The notes under the pieces are model-generated. The model was not told the origin of the DNA, made no database searches, and was given only the letters and a program-made list of their open reading frames with translations. Positions 52,274-62,858 of a DNA stretch of 64,000 bases are shown here, in pieces. The DNA is taken from the NCBI GenBank assembly GCA_965237415.1, contig CBDEFM010000002.1, positions 1,088,001 to 1,152,000 of the forward strand, given 5' to 3'. Origin of the DNA: Alphaproteobacteria bacterium. Lineage in GTDB: Bacteria; Pseudomonadota; Alphaproteobacteria; UBA828. Made by a program: the position numbers and the translations under genes. The stretch's first letter is position 1, and every line of letters begins with the position of its first letter.

Positions 52274-53257
52274 TCACCGCCGTCGGGCAGCGCTCTTCTT
52301 TTTTGGCTTCGGAGGGAGCCCAAACGGTCCCACCACCAAGTGCCCGCGTTCGTTGAACAGGTAACAGTGCTCAGGCGGGTAGACTGGCATCTCGCCCTCG
52401 CGGCCGATGTGTTCCGGCCAGATGGCGAGGGTGGCGCGCTCGTCCGCGGCCGCATCGTCGGATTCGCAGGCGAGTGTAAGGACCGTACCGTCCTTGAGAC
52501 GCACCGTGAGGGCGTTCTCCTCCGTGCCTATCACGCGCGCGGCGCGGAGCTTGGCGCCGAAGAGCTTTGCGACCTGGCGCGAGGCGGGCCACTGAATGAT
52601 CCTCTGCGGGCTGCCCATCTGCAGCTTTCGCCCTTCGTGGAGGACGACGATCCAGTCGGCGAGCTCGCGCGCCTCCTCGACGGTGCCGGCGGCATAGACC
52701 ACGGTACGGCCGAACTCATCCCTGAGCCGCCGCATCTCGCTGATCGCGAGTTCGCGTATGACCCTGTCCTCCTCCGTCGGCAGTTCGAAGAGGTAGACAC
52801 CGGGGTCGCGCACCAGCGCGCGTGCGAGGCCGATCTGGTAGCACTGGACGTCCGTGAGCCTCTTCGGCCGCTCCGTGAGCACGTCGATCAACCCGAAATG
52901 CTCGCCGACGGCAAGCACACGCGCCTCGATCGTCTCCCTGTCGAAGCGGGCGATCCTGAGCGGATAGGCAATGTTGTCGAAGGCCGTCTTGTGCGGCATC
53001 AGCGCGGCGGAGCGGAAGACCGTCGCCGCTTCGCGCATCCCCTCTTTCTCCCTCAGCACGTCGTCGCCGTCGATCAGGATGGAGCCGCCTTGCGGCTTCT
53101 CGATTCCGGCGATGACCTTGAGCGCCGTCAGGCGGCCCGAGTCGTCATCGCCCAACAGCGCCGTGATGCGGCCCGACGGCGCCTTCATGCTGAGGCCGTC
53201 GAGAATGATGTTCCTTTGATGCCAGCGCTCGACCTTGCGCAGTTCCAGCTCCGCCAT
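52274..53257 (-). CDS. MalK/UgpC-like ABC ATPase with degenerate catalytic motifs
   Basis: Fold motifs present (ALMPHKTAFDNIAYPL, ARALVRDP), but Walker A reads GDDDSGRLT, signature LTDVQ, Walker B YLFELP. Confidence 0.75.
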   Translation of the reverse strand: MAELELRKVERWHQRNIILDGLSMKAPSGRITALLGDDDSGRLTALKVIAGIEKPQGGSILIDGDDVLREKEGMREAATVFRSAALMPHKTAFDNIAYPLRIARFDRETIEARVLAVGEHFGLIDVLTERPKRLTDVQCYQIGLARALVRDPGVYLFELPTEEDRVIRELAISEMRRLRDEFGRTVVYAAGTVEEARELADWIVVLHEGRKLQMGSPQRIIQWPASRQVAKLFGAKLRAARVIGTEENALTVRLKDGTVLTLACESDDAAADERATLAIWPEHIGREGEMPVYPPEHCYLFNERGHLVVGPFGLPPKPKKKSAARRR

Positions 53258-53268
53258 ACCCTGCTCCG

Positions 53269-54315
53269 TTACACTTCAAGCACAACCTTGCCGAAGACGG
53301 CGCGCGCTGCGAGACGCTCGTGCGCCGTGCGCATTTCCGCCAACGGCAGGACCTCGCCGATCACCGGCCTGAGCTTGCCCTGCTCCATCAGGCGCAGGAC
53401 CTCGCTGTTGGTGGACTTCGGCGCGAAATGGCAGCTCGTCATGGTGATCTGCTTGCGGAAGAACTCGATCATATCGATCTCGACCTTCTCGCCCGCATGC
53501 GCGCCGCAGGTGGCCAGCCGCCCGTTGAGCGCGAGCGCGTCGAGGCTCTGCTGCAGCACCGACCCGCCCACCATCTCGATGCAGACATCGACGCCGCGGC
53601 CATCGGTGAGGCCGCGCACGGCCTCGCCGATCGCCGGGGTCTCGTTGTAGTTGATCACCTCGTCGGCGCCTAGCTGGCGCGCGCGTGCGAGCTTGTCGTC
53701 GGAGCCGGCGGTGGCGATCACCCGCGCCCCTGCAACGCGGGCACACTGGATCGCGGCCGAGCCGACGCCGCTGCCGGCGGCGTTGATGAGCACGTCCTCG
53801 CCCTGGCGCACCTGCGCCTTCTTCACCACAAGCTCCCAGGCGGTGGCGAAGGCGACCTGCCCCGCCGCCGCATCCAGCGCCGAGACGCCGTCGGGAATAC
53901 GAATCACATTGTGGTGGGAGACATTTACATATTCCGCGTAGGTGCCCCAACAGGTCACGCCCAGCTTCTCGAAGTCGAGGCAGATGTTGTCCATGCCGAG
54001 CGCGCAGTTGCACACCTTGTGCCGGCAGAGGCCGGACGTGAAGGTGAGGAAGGGCATGACCCGGTCGCCGGGGCGAAAGGCAGTCACCGCGGAACCCACC
54101 TCGGCGACAGTGCCCGCGCCCTCGACACCGAGGATGTGAGGCATGTCCAGGCTGAGATATCCCGAGATGCCGTCGCACACGTCGAGGTCGAAGTGGTTGA
54201 GACCGACCGTCTCCAGGTTGATGAGGACGTCCTCAGGCCCGACCGCCGGTGTCTCGATGTCTTCGTAGACGAGTTCTTCCGGCCCGCCGTGACGGTGGAT
54301 GACGACCGCCTTCAT
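53269..54315 (-). CDS. Zinc-binding/quinone oxidoreductase (MDR family)
   Basis: MKAVVIHRHGGPEEL, PHILGVEGAG, AAGSGVG, FGKVVL. Confidence 0.9.
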   Translation of the reverse strand: MKAVVIHRHGGPEELVYEDIETPAVGPEDVLINLETVGLNHFDLDVCDGISGYLSLDMPHILGVEGAGTVAEVGSAVTAFRPGDRVMPFLTFTSGLCRHKVCNCALGMDNICLDFEKLGVTCWGTYAEYVNVSHHNVIRIPDGVSALDAAAGQVAFATAWELVVKKAQVRQGEDVLINAAGSGVGSAAIQCARVAGARVIATAGSDDKLARARQLGADEVINYNETPAIGEAVRGLTDGRGVDVCIEMVGGSVLQQSLDALALNGRLATCGAHAGEKVEIDMIEFFRKQITMTSCHFAPKSTNSEVLRLMEQGKLRPVIGEVLPLAEMRTAHERLAARAVFGKVVLEV

Positions 54316-54845
54316 GCCTGCTTGCTCCGTTCGACTGCGGCCCCTGCCCGCGAACGGGCCGGGTACTCGGCTTCCGCGACCCTCTCGCTCTGGTCCGCAT
54401 CGGGCGGCCCCTTGAGCTCGACCGTATTGCCGTCCGGGTCGGTGAGGTAGAGCGAAGGGCCGTGGCCGTCGGCGCCGTAGCGCCGTGCCGTCTCGCCCGT
54501 CTCCACGCCGCGCCGCTTGAAGTAGCGGCGGAGCTTCTTCTCGTCGAAGGCGGCAAGTCTCAGCGCGAAGTGCTCCATGTTGCGCCGCGTCTTGCCCGGG
54601 GCCGCGCCGCCCGGCTTGCCGGCCTTGCTGTCGACGGGGACAAGATCGATCAGGTTCGTGCCGGCGCGCAGTTGGTAGAGCCCGAAGTTCTCGATGCGCC
54701 GCTCGACGGTGCAGCCTAACACCCGCTTGTACCAGTCGATCGAGGCCTCGATGTCCGCGACCCGGAGCACGACATGGTCCAGTCCAAGCACCTCGACGGG
54801 ACTCGATCGCGCGGCGGCAGGCACAGTCCAGGGCCTCGGACACAA
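54312..54845 (-). CDS. VOC/glyoxalase family protein (true start probably further downstream)
   Basis: LDHVVLRV, MEHFAL, SLYLTDPDGNTVELK. Confidence 0.85.
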   Translation of the reverse strand: MCPRPWTVPAAARSSPVEVLGLDHVVLRVADIEASIDWYKRVLGCTVERRIENFGLYQLRAGTNLIDLVPVDSKAGKPGGAAPGKTRRNMEHFALRLAAFDEKKLRRYFKRRGVETGETARRYGADGHGPSLYLTDPDGNTVELKGPPDADQSERVAEAEYPARSRAGAAVERSKQA

Positions 54846-54857
54846 GCGGCGCGGCGC

Positions 54858-55688
54858 TCAGGCTGCAATCAGCCGGGCGCTCTGGCGCTCGCGCGGGGTC
54901 TCCCGCATCACCGCAGCCATGTCGGGCTTGTCGTCGGCGCCAAAGGGGGCGAGATGGCGGCCGGTGAACGACACCTCGAGGCCGTCGTCGCGGAAGGGAT
55001 AGGGGTCGAGGCTGTATACCCCATCGCCCAGCGCGCGGACCTCGACACTGACATCGTCGTCGACCCCGCGCGGCACGTTGGCAAAGGTGCTCTCGCCGCG
55101 TCCCTCCGGATGCACGCAGTTGAAATAGAGCGCGAAGGTATCGAAGAACTGCAGCGCCTTGTAGTTGGCGAAGAGCCGCTCTTCCTCGACCCAGGGTGCG
55201 GTATTGGGATCGTCCTGCAGCACGGCGGTGAGCCGCTCCTGGCGCTGGCGCTCGGTGGTTAGCATGGTTTCGGCGGCGAGGCGGTGCTGCTCCGGCACGA
55301 TGTCGATCAGCACCTTGTCCGAGAGCCCGTAGCGTCCGTTGTAGAGGCCCCAGATGTGCATGCTGTCCAGCAGCCCGCAATAGGCGTGGTGCGCCTCGTT
55401 GTACTCGGGCGAGCGGCAGCCGGTCAGCGTGATGATGGGGATCGGCGTCTCCACCAGGTTGTAAGGCAGCCCGGTCTCGGGGTCGAGCGGCGGGTTGTCG
55501 TCCAGGTCCTTCCAGCCCTTGTCGTGCCAACGGCAGGCATAGAGGAAGTAGTCGCGCGGCTCGGGCCGAGCGAAGGTGTCGTTGCCGAAATTCTCGGCGA
55601 GCTGGCTCGCCAATTGGAGATGCTCGTCGAGGGTGATGGCGAAACGGGCGCCGTCCTTCCGCTCTTCAGCCTGGGTCTGGATGATCAT
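54858..55688 (-). CDS. DUF3891-like protein
   Basis: EHLQLASQLAENFGN, HDKGW, LLDSMH, LDPYPF. Confidence 0.7.
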   Translation of the reverse strand: MIIQTQAEERKDGARFAITLDEHLQLASQLAENFGNDTFARPEPRDYFLYACRWHDKGWKDLDDNPPLDPETGLPYNLVETPIPIITLTGCRSPEYNEAHHAYCGLLDSMHIWGLYNGRYGLSDKVLIDIVPEQHRLAAETMLTTERQRQERLTAVLQDDPNTAPWVEEERLFANYKALQFFDTFALYFNCVHPEGRGESTFANVPRGVDDDVSVEVRALGDGVYSLDPYPFRDDGLEVSFTGRHLAPFGADDKPDMAAVMRETPRERQSARLIAA

Positions 55689-55779
55689 GGCGTCCCCCCT
55701 GCGCTCCCATCGTCCGCATCGGTGGTAAAGCCTGGGCGACCCTAGCAAAGGCGGGGGAACGAGTCACGGCGAGCGCGGG

Positions 55780-58014
55780 TCACATGAAGCTGTGGGGGTC
55801 GATATCCACTTGGAGGTGAGCGCGGGTGCGTCGGTCGAGAGACTCCAGCCATCGCCTCAGATGAGGCTGGAGCAGCACGCCGCGCGGCGCCTTGAAGAGG
55901 AGGCGGAAGCGATGGCGCCCGCGCAGCAGCTTGAGCGGTGCAGGCGCAGGCCCCAACACCTGGAAGCCGAGGCTCTTCTCCTCGGCACGCGCGGTGCGGG
56001 CGAGAGCGGATGCGGCGCGCAGCGTCTCGGCCTCGTTCGGGCCGGACGCGATAACCGCCACGAGGCGGCCGTAGGGCGGAAGGCCGTGGGTCTCGCGCGC
56101 CGCCGCCTCGCGCGCCATGAAGGAATCGCGGTCGCCGACGGCGAGCGCCGTCATTACCGGGTGCTCGGCGGCATAGGTCTGAAGTACGACCCGGCCGGGG
56201 CGCCCGCCGCGCCCGGCGCGACCCCCCACCTGATGAAGCAGCTGATAGGTGCGCTCGGCCGCACGCATGTCGCCGCCCGCAAGTCCCAGATCGGCATCCA
56301 CCACGCCCACAAGCGTGAGCTGCGGGAAGTGATGCCCCTTGGCCACCATTTGCGTGCCGATGAGCACGTCGACCTCATGGGCCGCGATGGCATCGACCAG
56401 GTCTTGCACCTGGCTGGGTCCGCGCACCGTATCGCTTGTGAGCACCACCCAGCGGGCGCCAGGGAAAGCGCGGTCCACCTCTTCGGCGAGCCGCTCGACT
56501 CCCGGACCGCAGGCAGCGAAGCGGTCCTCCGCCTCGCAAGCCGGGCAGGCCCCGGGCAGACCCCGCCGGTAGCCGCAATGATGGCAATCGAGCGTGCCGG
56601 CGAAGCGATGCTCCACCAACCAGGCGCTGCAGTTCGGGCAATGGAAGCGATGACCGCACGCCCGGCAGAGCGTAAGTGGCGCGTAACCCCTGCGGTTGAG
56701 GAAGAGCAGCGCCTGCTCGCCGGCCTCCAGGGTCTCTGCGAGGGCCGCGCGTAGCGCCGGGGCGAGCCACGCGCCCCGTTCCGGCGGCGTCTCGCGCAGG
56801 TCGACCGTTTCGATGGCGGGCAGCCGTGCGCCGCCGTGGCGATCAGGCAACCGCACGCGGCCATAGCGGCCATTCTCGATATTGACCACGGTCTCCAGGG
56901 ACGGCGTGGCCGAAACCAGAACGACAGGGCGCCCCTCCAGGCGCGCGCGGACGACCGCCATGTCGCGGGCGTGATAGACGACACCGTCCTCCTGCTTGAA
57001 GGCGGCGTCGTGCTCCTCATCGACGACGATCAAACCGAGCGATGGAAAGGGCAGCCACAGCGCGGACCGGGCGCCGACCACGACCTCTGCCCGGCCCTCG
57101 GCGACGGCGCGCCAGGTCTCGCGGCGCTGGCGCGTGCCGAGCTCGGAATGCCAAACCGCGGGCTCCACACCGAAGCGTGCGCGAAAGCGCCCCAGCCACT
57201 GAGCGCTGAGCGCGATCTCGGGCAGCATCACCACCACCTGATGGCCTGCATCGAGCGCCGCGGCGACGGCCTCGAAATAGACCTCGGTCTTGCCGGCGCC
57301 GGTTACGCCGTCGAGCACGGTGACCGAGAATTCCCGGGCGGCGACTGCCTCTCGCAGCGCGTTAGCGGCGTCTGCTTGCGCATCGGACAAGATCGGGCCG
57401 GCACGGCGCGTATCGGGGCGGCCAAAGGCAGAGACCTCGCGCACCGAGACCGCCTCGACCGCGCCGAGGGCAGCCAGGCCGCGCACCACGGCGGTTCCCA
57501 CATTGGCTTTGCGCGCGATCTCGGCGGCAGTGCGCGGCGGCCCGTCCTGCAAAAACGCGAGCACGCGACTTCGGGCTTCCGTCATGCGCGGTGCCTCGTC
57601 CTGCCCGCGCCGGTACGCGGTCCGCATCGGCGGCGGCTCCACGGCGGCAGGCACGCTCATCGCCATACGCAGAACGGCGCCGCGCTGTGCAAGCGTATAG
57701 TCGGCCGCCCAATCGACCAGGCGACGGAGCGGCGAGGTCATCGGCGGCGACTCCAGCACCGCCGTCACCGGCTTGAGACGCGCCGGCTCCACGTCGCCTT
57801 CGCCCTCGCCCCAGACCACGCCGATGCGCTCCACCCTGCCGAGCGGCACGCGCACGAAGGAGCCGGGCGCAATGTCGGCCCCAAGCTCTTCCGGCACGGC
57901 GTAGTCGTAAACGCGGTCGAGCGGCAGCGGCAGCAGGACGGCGACGGTAGCGGGTGGAGGCGTAGATGGGCGCGCGCTTGCGCTCCTCGCTTCCCGGTCG
58001 CTCGATCGGCTCAC
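55780..58014 (-). CDS. priA: Primosomal protein N'
   Basis: [17 protein letters not shown], Cys clusters, [15 protein letters not shown]. Confidence 0.96.
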   Translation of the reverse strand: MSRSSDREARSASARPSTPPPATVAVLLPLPLDRVYDYAVPEELGADIAPGSFVRVPLGRVERIGVVWGEGEGDVEPARLKPVTAVLESPPMTSPLRRLVDWAADYTLAQRGAVLRMAMSVPAAVEPPPMRTAYRRGQDEAPRMTEARSRVLAFLQDGPPRTAAEIARKANVGTAVVRGLAALGAVEAVSVREVSAFGRPDTRRAGPILSDAQADAANALREAVAAREFSVTVLDGVTGAGKTEVYFEAVAAALDAGHQVVVMLPEIALSAQWLGRFRARFGVEPAVWHSELGTRQRRETWRAVAEGRAEVVVGARSALWLPFPSLGLIVVDEEHDAAFKQEDGVVYHARDMAVVRARLEGRPVVLVSATPSLETVVNIENGRYGRVRLPDRHGGARLPAIETVDLRETPPERGAWLAPALRAALAETLEAGEQALLFLNRRGYAPLTLCRACGHRFHCPNCSAWLVEHRFAGTLDCHHCGYRRGLPGACPACEAEDRFAACGPGVERLAEEVDRAFPGARWVVLTSDTVRGPSQVQDLVDAIAAHEVDVLIGTQMVAKGHHFPQLTLVGVVDADLGLAGGDMRAAERTYQLLHQVGGRAGRGGRPGRVVLQTYAAEHPVMTALAVGDRDSFMAREAAARETHGLPPYGRLVAVIASGPNEAETLRAASALARTARAEEKSLGFQVLGPAPAPLKLLRGRHRFRLLFKAPRGVLLQPHLRRWLESLDRRTRAHLQVDIDPHSFM

Positions 58015-58214
58015 GGCACCTGATCCCCAGCGCCGGAATGGTAACGGCGTGCGGGACATGCTATGAGGCCGCCCGCGTTACTCGCCGGCCCGGAGCCGAT
58101 TCGAGTCGTGGATGCTGCGGTCATGCTCTCGTCCTGCAACACTCCCGCGACGGCGTCCAGCCCGATGGCTCGAAAGGCCGGCGCAGGACGAAGGATCTCG
58201 GACGGAGCGGCGGC

Positions 58215-58877
58215 ATGAAGTTTTTCGTAGATACGGCGGACATTGCCGAAATCGAAGATCTGGCGGCGACCGGCCTGCTCGACGGTGTGACCACCAATCC
58301 CTCGCTCATCGCCAAGTCGGGCGGCGACTTCTTCGACGTGATCCGGAACATCTGCGACATCGTGCCGGGCCCCGTAAGCGCCGAGGTCACTGCGACCGAT
58401 GTCGAAACCATGCTCTCCGAAGGCCGTGCGCTCGCTGCCATCGCGCCCAATGTCGCAGTCAAGGTGCCGCTCACCTGGGACGGCCTGAAGGCCTGTCGGG
58501 CGCTCAGCCAGGGCGGCACCAAGGTGAATGTCACCCTCTGCTTCTCACCCTCCCAGGCGTTGCTGGCGGCGAAGGCGGGTGCTGCCTTCATCTCGCCCTT
58601 CGTCGGCCGGCTCGACGATATCAGCCAGGATGGGATGGGCCTGATCCGCGAGATCGCGACGATCTACCGCGCCTACCCCGATACCATCAGCACCGAGATC
58701 CTGGTCGCCTCGATCCGCCACCCGCTCCACGTCGTGGAGGCCGCGAAGCTCGGCGCCGATGTGGCGACGGTGCCGCCGGGCGTGCTGCGGAAGCTCGCGA
58801 GCCACCCGCTCACCGACAAGGGGCTCGACGCCTTCCTCGCAGACTGGCAGAAGACGGGCCAGTCGATCCTCTCATGA
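58215..58877 (+). CDS. fsa: Fructose-6-phosphate aldolase/transaldolase
   Basis: [35 protein letters not shown]. Confidence 0.95.
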   Translation: MKFFVDTADIAEIEDLAATGLLDGVTTNPSLIAKSGGDFFDVIRNICDIVPGPVSAEVTATDVETMLSEGRALAAIAPNVAVKVPLTWDGLKACRALSQGGTKVNVTLCFSPSQALLAAKAGAAFISPFVGRLDDISQDGMGLIREIATIYRAYPDTISTEILVASIRHPLHVVEAAKLGADVATVPPGVLRKLASHPLTDKGLDAFLADWQKTGQSILS

Positions 58878-59833
58878 CCGGGCCGGCGAGCGGGCCGATG
58901 CCGGCCGCCGCCGACCTCGCTATGGCGGTCGACACCTGGCTCGGCCGCCTCGCCAATGAGCGGCGACGCTCCGACCACACGATCGCCGCCTACCGGCGGG
59001 ACCTCGACGAGTTTCTGCGCTTCCTCGCGGAACATCGGGGTGGAGCGCCCGATCTCGCGGCTCTCGCTGCGCTCAGCGTGCGCGACCTGCGCGGCTGGCT
59101 CGCGCGGCGGGCGGCGGAAGGCCGCGCACGGACCTCGACCGCCCGGGCGCTCTCGGCGGTTCGCGTCTTCTTCCGCCATCTCGAGCGCGAGGGTGTTCCC
59201 GTCTCCTCGGCGCTCTCACTGGTGCGCGCGCCGCGCACGCCGCGCGGCGTGCCCCGGCCGCTCACCGAGGGCCAGGCCAAGGCTGTCGTCGATCCGAACG
59301 CGCTAAGCGCCGGGCCGCCCGACTGGATCGCCCGCCGGGATACCGCGGTGCTGCTGCTGCTCTACGGCTGCGGGCTCCGCATCGGCGAGGCATTGACCCT
59401 CGATCGTGCCGACGCGCCGGCCGCCGATTCCGAGCTCCACAGCCTGATGATCACGGGCAAGGGCAACAAGCAGCGGGTGGTGCCGGTGCTACCCGTCGTG
59501 GCCGAAGCGATCAACGACTATCTCGCCGCCTGCCCGCACCGGCTGGAGCCAGGCGATCCCCTCTTCGTCGGCGTGCGCGGCAAGCGGCTTCAGCCCCGCC
59601 TGGTGCAGCAGACGATGGCGCGGCTGCGCGGCGCGCTCGGCCTGCCGGCTTCTGCGACCCCGCACGCGCTCCGCCACAGCTTCGCCACCCATCTGCTCGC
59701 AGGCGGCGGCGATCTGCGCACGATCCAGGAGCTCCTCGGGCACGCCAGCCTCTCGACCACGCAGCGCTACACGGAGGTCGACGAAGCCGGGCTTCTCGCC
59801 GCCTACACGGCGGCGCATCCGCGGGCCAATTAG
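58874..59833 (+). CDS. xerC: Tyrosine recombinase XerC
   Basis: [43 protein letters not shown]. Confidence 0.93.
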   Translation: MTGPASGPMPAAADLAMAVDTWLGRLANERRRSDHTIAAYRRDLDEFLRFLAEHRGGAPDLAALAALSVRDLRGWLARRAAEGRARTSTARALSAVRVFFRHLEREGVPVSSALSLVRAPRTPRGVPRPLTEGQAKAVVDPNALSAGPPDWIARRDTAVLLLLYGCGLRIGEALTLDRADAPAADSELHSLMITGKGNKQRVVPVLPVVAEAINDYLAACPHRLEPGDPLFVGVRGKRLQPRLVQQTMARLRGALGLPASATPHALRHSFATHLLAGGGDLRTIQELLGHASLSTTQRYTEVDEAGLLAAYTAAHPRAN

Positions 59834-59864
59834 TCTCCTGCCCCGGCGCCGTGCGGGGCCGGGA

Positions 59865-60416
59865 TCAGGCGACGACGCTCAGGCGGCCTTGTGCCGGCTT
59901 GAGCGACTCGATGTGGGCGAGCATGGTCTCGGCGTCGGAGACCTCGAAGGGGTCGCCCGGCGCGTTGTCGCAAAGCCCCGGCTCCACGAACATCTTCGTA
60001 ATCTCGCCGTCCTCGACCAGCATGGAGTAACGCCAGCTGCGCAGGCCGAAGCCGAGATTGTCCTTGTCCACCAGCATGCCCATGCGGCGGCTGAAGGTGC
60101 CGCAGCCATCCGGCAGCAGGGTGACGTGCTGGACCCCCTGATACTTCCCCCACTGGTACATGACGAAAGCGTCATTGACGGAGAGGCAGATCACCTCGTC
60201 GATGCCGGCATCCATGAAGCAGTGGTGCAGCGCGTCGTAGCCCGGCAGATGGGTCGAGCTGCAGGTCGGCGTGAAGGCGCCTGGGAGTGCGAAGAGCATC
60301 ACCCGGCGGCCGGCGAAGATCTCGGCGCTGGTCCGGTCCTGCCAGCGGAAGGGGTTCGGCCCCTCGACGCTCTCGTCACGGACGCGGGTCTTGAATGTCA
60401 CCTCGGGTACACGCAT
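59865..60416 (-). CDS. Peroxiredoxin (Prx5/PgdX type)
   Basis: FKTRVRDES..NPFRWQD, PGAFTPTCS, SVNDAFVM, GFGLRSWRY. Confidence 0.92.
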   Translation of the reverse strand: MRVPEVTFKTRVRDESVEGPNPFRWQDRTSAEIFAGRRVMLFALPGAFTPTCSSTHLPGYDALHHCFMDAGIDEVICLSVNDAFVMYQWGKYQGVQHVTLLPDGCGTFSRRMGMLVDKDNLGFGLRSWRYSMLVEDGEITKMFVEPGLCDNAPGDPFEVSDAETMLAHIESLKPAQGRLSVVA

Positions 60417-60454
60417 AGCACTTGCTCCTGATCCGGAATGTGTTCTGAGATGCA

Positions 60455-60476
60455 AATTAGAACTATTATTATTATA
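60455..60476. promoter_or_regulatory. AT-rich Fur-family (Irr/PerR)-like box upstream of the peroxiredoxin
   Basis: AATTAGAACTATTATTATTATA; one half-site resembles the ICE half TTCTAAA. Confidence 0.4.
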
Positions 60477-60658
60477 GTCAAGGGCGAACATGTATGCCTC
60501 TCTGGCAGCCGGTGGGTCGCTCGACTGCGCCGGGATAGTGCCAAGGCGTCGGCGGCCCTGTCGGTCGGCCGCCTGTCACGATCACCCTCCCGCCGCCAAT
60601 TCGGCGACCGAGCGGAGGAGTGGATGCGGACGATCAGTGCCGCCCGGCGGTGGCGGGC

Positions 60659-61108
60659 TCACGTTGCGATCGGATTAATCGCTGCTAGTCCTTCGCTGCC
60701 CGCCGCTTCGCAGAGGCGCGTGTCCGCACACACAAACGTCACCGGCTCCGGCATGCCGTGACGAACCACGAGACAGCCCGCGAGTTGAAGCGCGTCGTAG
60801 GCCCTGAGCGGGTGCCGGTCGATCAGCCGGGCGGCTTCCTCCATCACTGCCGAGGTCGAGGGCTGCACTAGGAAGAGCGACGAGGCATCGTCTTCGATCT
60901 GCCGCAAGACCCGATCCGCGTCCGCCGCTGCTATGTCGCCCTCACGTTCGCGCCGGCGGATTGCCGATCGGGCTTCAACCGGAGTGAGGTCGAGAATGAC
61001 CGCATGGCCGTCCTCGGCGTCTTCCACGACGTGCGTGACCCGATCCGTCCCGGCTTCCTCGATGTAGAACTTGAGCAGCGCACTCGTGTCGAGATAGACG
61101 CTTGACAT
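60659..61108 (-). CDS. vapC: VapC-type PIN domain toxin
   Basis: YLDTSALLKFY, LRAYDALQLA, FVCADTRL. Confidence 0.88.
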   Translation of the reverse strand: MSSVYLDTSALLKFYIEEAGTDRVTHVVEDAEDGHAVILDLTPVEARSAIRRREREGDIAAADADRVLRQIEDDASSLFLVQPSTSAVMEEAARLIDRHPLRAYDALQLAGCLVVRHGMPEPVTFVCADTRLCEAAGSEGLAAINPIAT

Positions 61109-61117
61109 TGGACCCCT

Positions 61118-61798
61118 TCAGCGTCTGTCGCCGAGAACGGTGTCTGCGATCGCACCTCCCCGTATGCGCACCCGCTCGAACCCGGTACGGCGAGGCGGCG
61201 ACTCTGTCCCGAACCGCGGATGACGCCGATTGACCCGTATCGCGGTGACCGGGTGGAGCGGGTTGTTCGGGTTGGGGACCTGGCTGGTCAGGATTAGGCG
61301 CTGCTCGGTCGCGCGGCGCAGCAGGGCGCCGCTGTTCCTCGCATCGCGCGCCCAGCCGTAACCGCGCTCGGGCAGGTATTGATCGCGGAACCATCTAAGA
61401 GCCACGAACCGCCGCGTGCCTTCGACTTCCGCGAGCGCCTCGAGGAGCTGGTCCATGGCCGCCTCGCGATCAAACGCACCGTCCTTGCCGTCGTCGCCAT
61501 CCGGCAGGCTCCCGTTGCCTGGGCCATCTTCGTCATGAGGGTCCTCGGAGGGCACGAAGCTGATGACCACCTCGCAGTAATCCGGGACGAAGTAGCTGGC
61601 GTCCGCGTCCTTGCGGATCTTCCTGTGCTGCTTCCCGTTCCAGTACCGAATGCTCACCCGGGGCTCATAGTCGCCGAGCGGCAGTTGCCGCAATCCCCGC
61701 AACGCTGGCGGCAGGGCCGACATCTTCAGACTCTTCAAGTTCGCGAGACTTTGCTCGATATCGAGCGTAACGTCCTGAATCTGCATTGCACCCCCCAT
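61118..61798 (-). CDS. Hypothetical protein, putative atypical antitoxin
   Basis: Directly upstream of vapC; C-terminal RVRIRGGAIADTVLGDRR resembles VapB/Phd tails. Confidence 0.6.
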   Translation of the reverse strand: MGGAMQIQDVTLDIEQSLANLKSLKMSALPPALRGLRQLPLGDYEPRVSIRYWNGKQHRKIRKDADASYFVPDYCEVVISFVPSEDPHDEDGPGNGSLPDGDDGKDGAFDREAAMDQLLEALAEVEGTRRFVALRWFRDQYLPERGYGWARDARNSGALLRRATEQRLILTSQVPNPNNPLHPVTAIRVNRRHPRFGTESPPRRTGFERVRIRGGAIADTVLGDRR

Positions 61799-61986
61799 TT
61801 AAAATCGAGATATTATTTAAATCGTATCTAGATCGGTAAGAAAATATAACGCGCTTTGCCAGCATTGCAAGCAAAGTGATCGAATGCGGCCGTTGGTGGG
61901 AGAGCCAAGCACCCCGCCCGCAGGGACGCGGACGGAACGTGCGATGACCGGGCGTTGCCTCGGAGCCGCAGCCGCTGCCTGCTCCC

Positions 61987-62745
61987 CTACTCCGCGGCTT
62001 CGGCGACGTCGTCGGCGGTCCCGAAGTGGCGGAACATGCCGGTGAAGTGCTTGCGCTCGGGCGGGCGGTAAGTCTTGCGCTTGCTGGTCTTGAGCCCGAG
62101 ATCGACCAGCAGCTCAGCCTGCTTGGTGGCGCAGACCACACCGTCGAGGACCGGCACCCCGAGCTCGGCTTCGAGCTCGGCCGCGAAGCGCGCGAAGCCG
62201 GCGCAGCCAAGACAGACAGCCTCGGCGTCGTCCTCCTCCACCGAGCGCCGCACCTCGTCCCTTAGCTTCTCCATCGAGCCTTCCGGGTCGCGCTCGATGT
62301 CCAGCACGTAGAGCGGCGTGGTGCGGATGGCGACGATCCGTTCCGTCATGCCGTAGCTGTGCACCATCTCTTCGAGCAGGGTGCGGACGCGGGGAATCAC
62401 CGAAACGACGGAGAAGCGGGCAGCGACCATGGAGGCTGTGTAGAACGAGGCCTCGGCGATGCCGACCACCGGCTTCTCGGTCATCTCGCGCGCGGCGTGA
62501 AGCCCTGGATCGCCGTAGCAGGCGATGACATAGGCGTCGACGCCTTCGCTCTTTCCCTTTCGCACCTCGTCGAGGACGCCGCAGGCCGCGACCTGCTCGT
62601 CGTAGTAGCTCTCGATCGAGGCCGGCCCGAATTCGGGGCTCACCGCCACGATCTCGGTGCCGGCCCGCGCGACGGAGCGCGCGGCCTCGCCGATCCCCTC
62701 GGTCATCTCCATGGTGGTGTTGGGGTTGATCACCTTGATCTTCAT
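61987..62745 (-). CDS. Hydantoin/allantoin racemase family protein
   Basis: INPNTT, GPASIES, IACYGDPG, LGCAG, PVLDGV. Confidence 0.9.
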   Translation of the reverse strand: MKIKVINPNTTMEMTEGIGEAARSVARAGTEIVAVSPEFGPASIESYYDEQVAACGVLDEVRKGKSEGVDAYVIACYGDPGLHAAREMTEKPVVGIAEASFYTASMVAARFSVVSVIPRVRTLLEEMVHSYGMTERIVAIRTTPLYVLDIERDPEGSMEKLRDEVRRSVEEDDAEAVCLGCAGFARFAAELEAELGVPVLDGVVCATKQAELLVDLGLKTSKRKTYRPPERKHFTGMFRHFGTADDVAEAAE

Positions 62746-62787
62746 CGGCGTGTCTCCCTATCCGCTTCCGCGCCGTCGGCACGGTTC

Positions 62788-62846
62788 CCCCACCTCACCC
62801 CGGCCCTCTCCGCCCTTCAGGGGGGAGAGGGACAGGGAGAGGTGGG
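62788..62846. repeat. Intergenic REP-like palindrome
   Basis: CCCACCTC..CCCTCTCC GCCC TTCA GGGG GGAGAGGG..GAGGTGGG. Confidence 0.75.
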
Positions 62847-62858
62847 TGCGTTCTCGTT

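Noticed and set aside
58874-59833. Tyrosine recombinase as the integrase of the phage region
   Set aside because: Sequence and priA-fsa context fit housekeeping XerC; Mu-like elements use DDE transposases.
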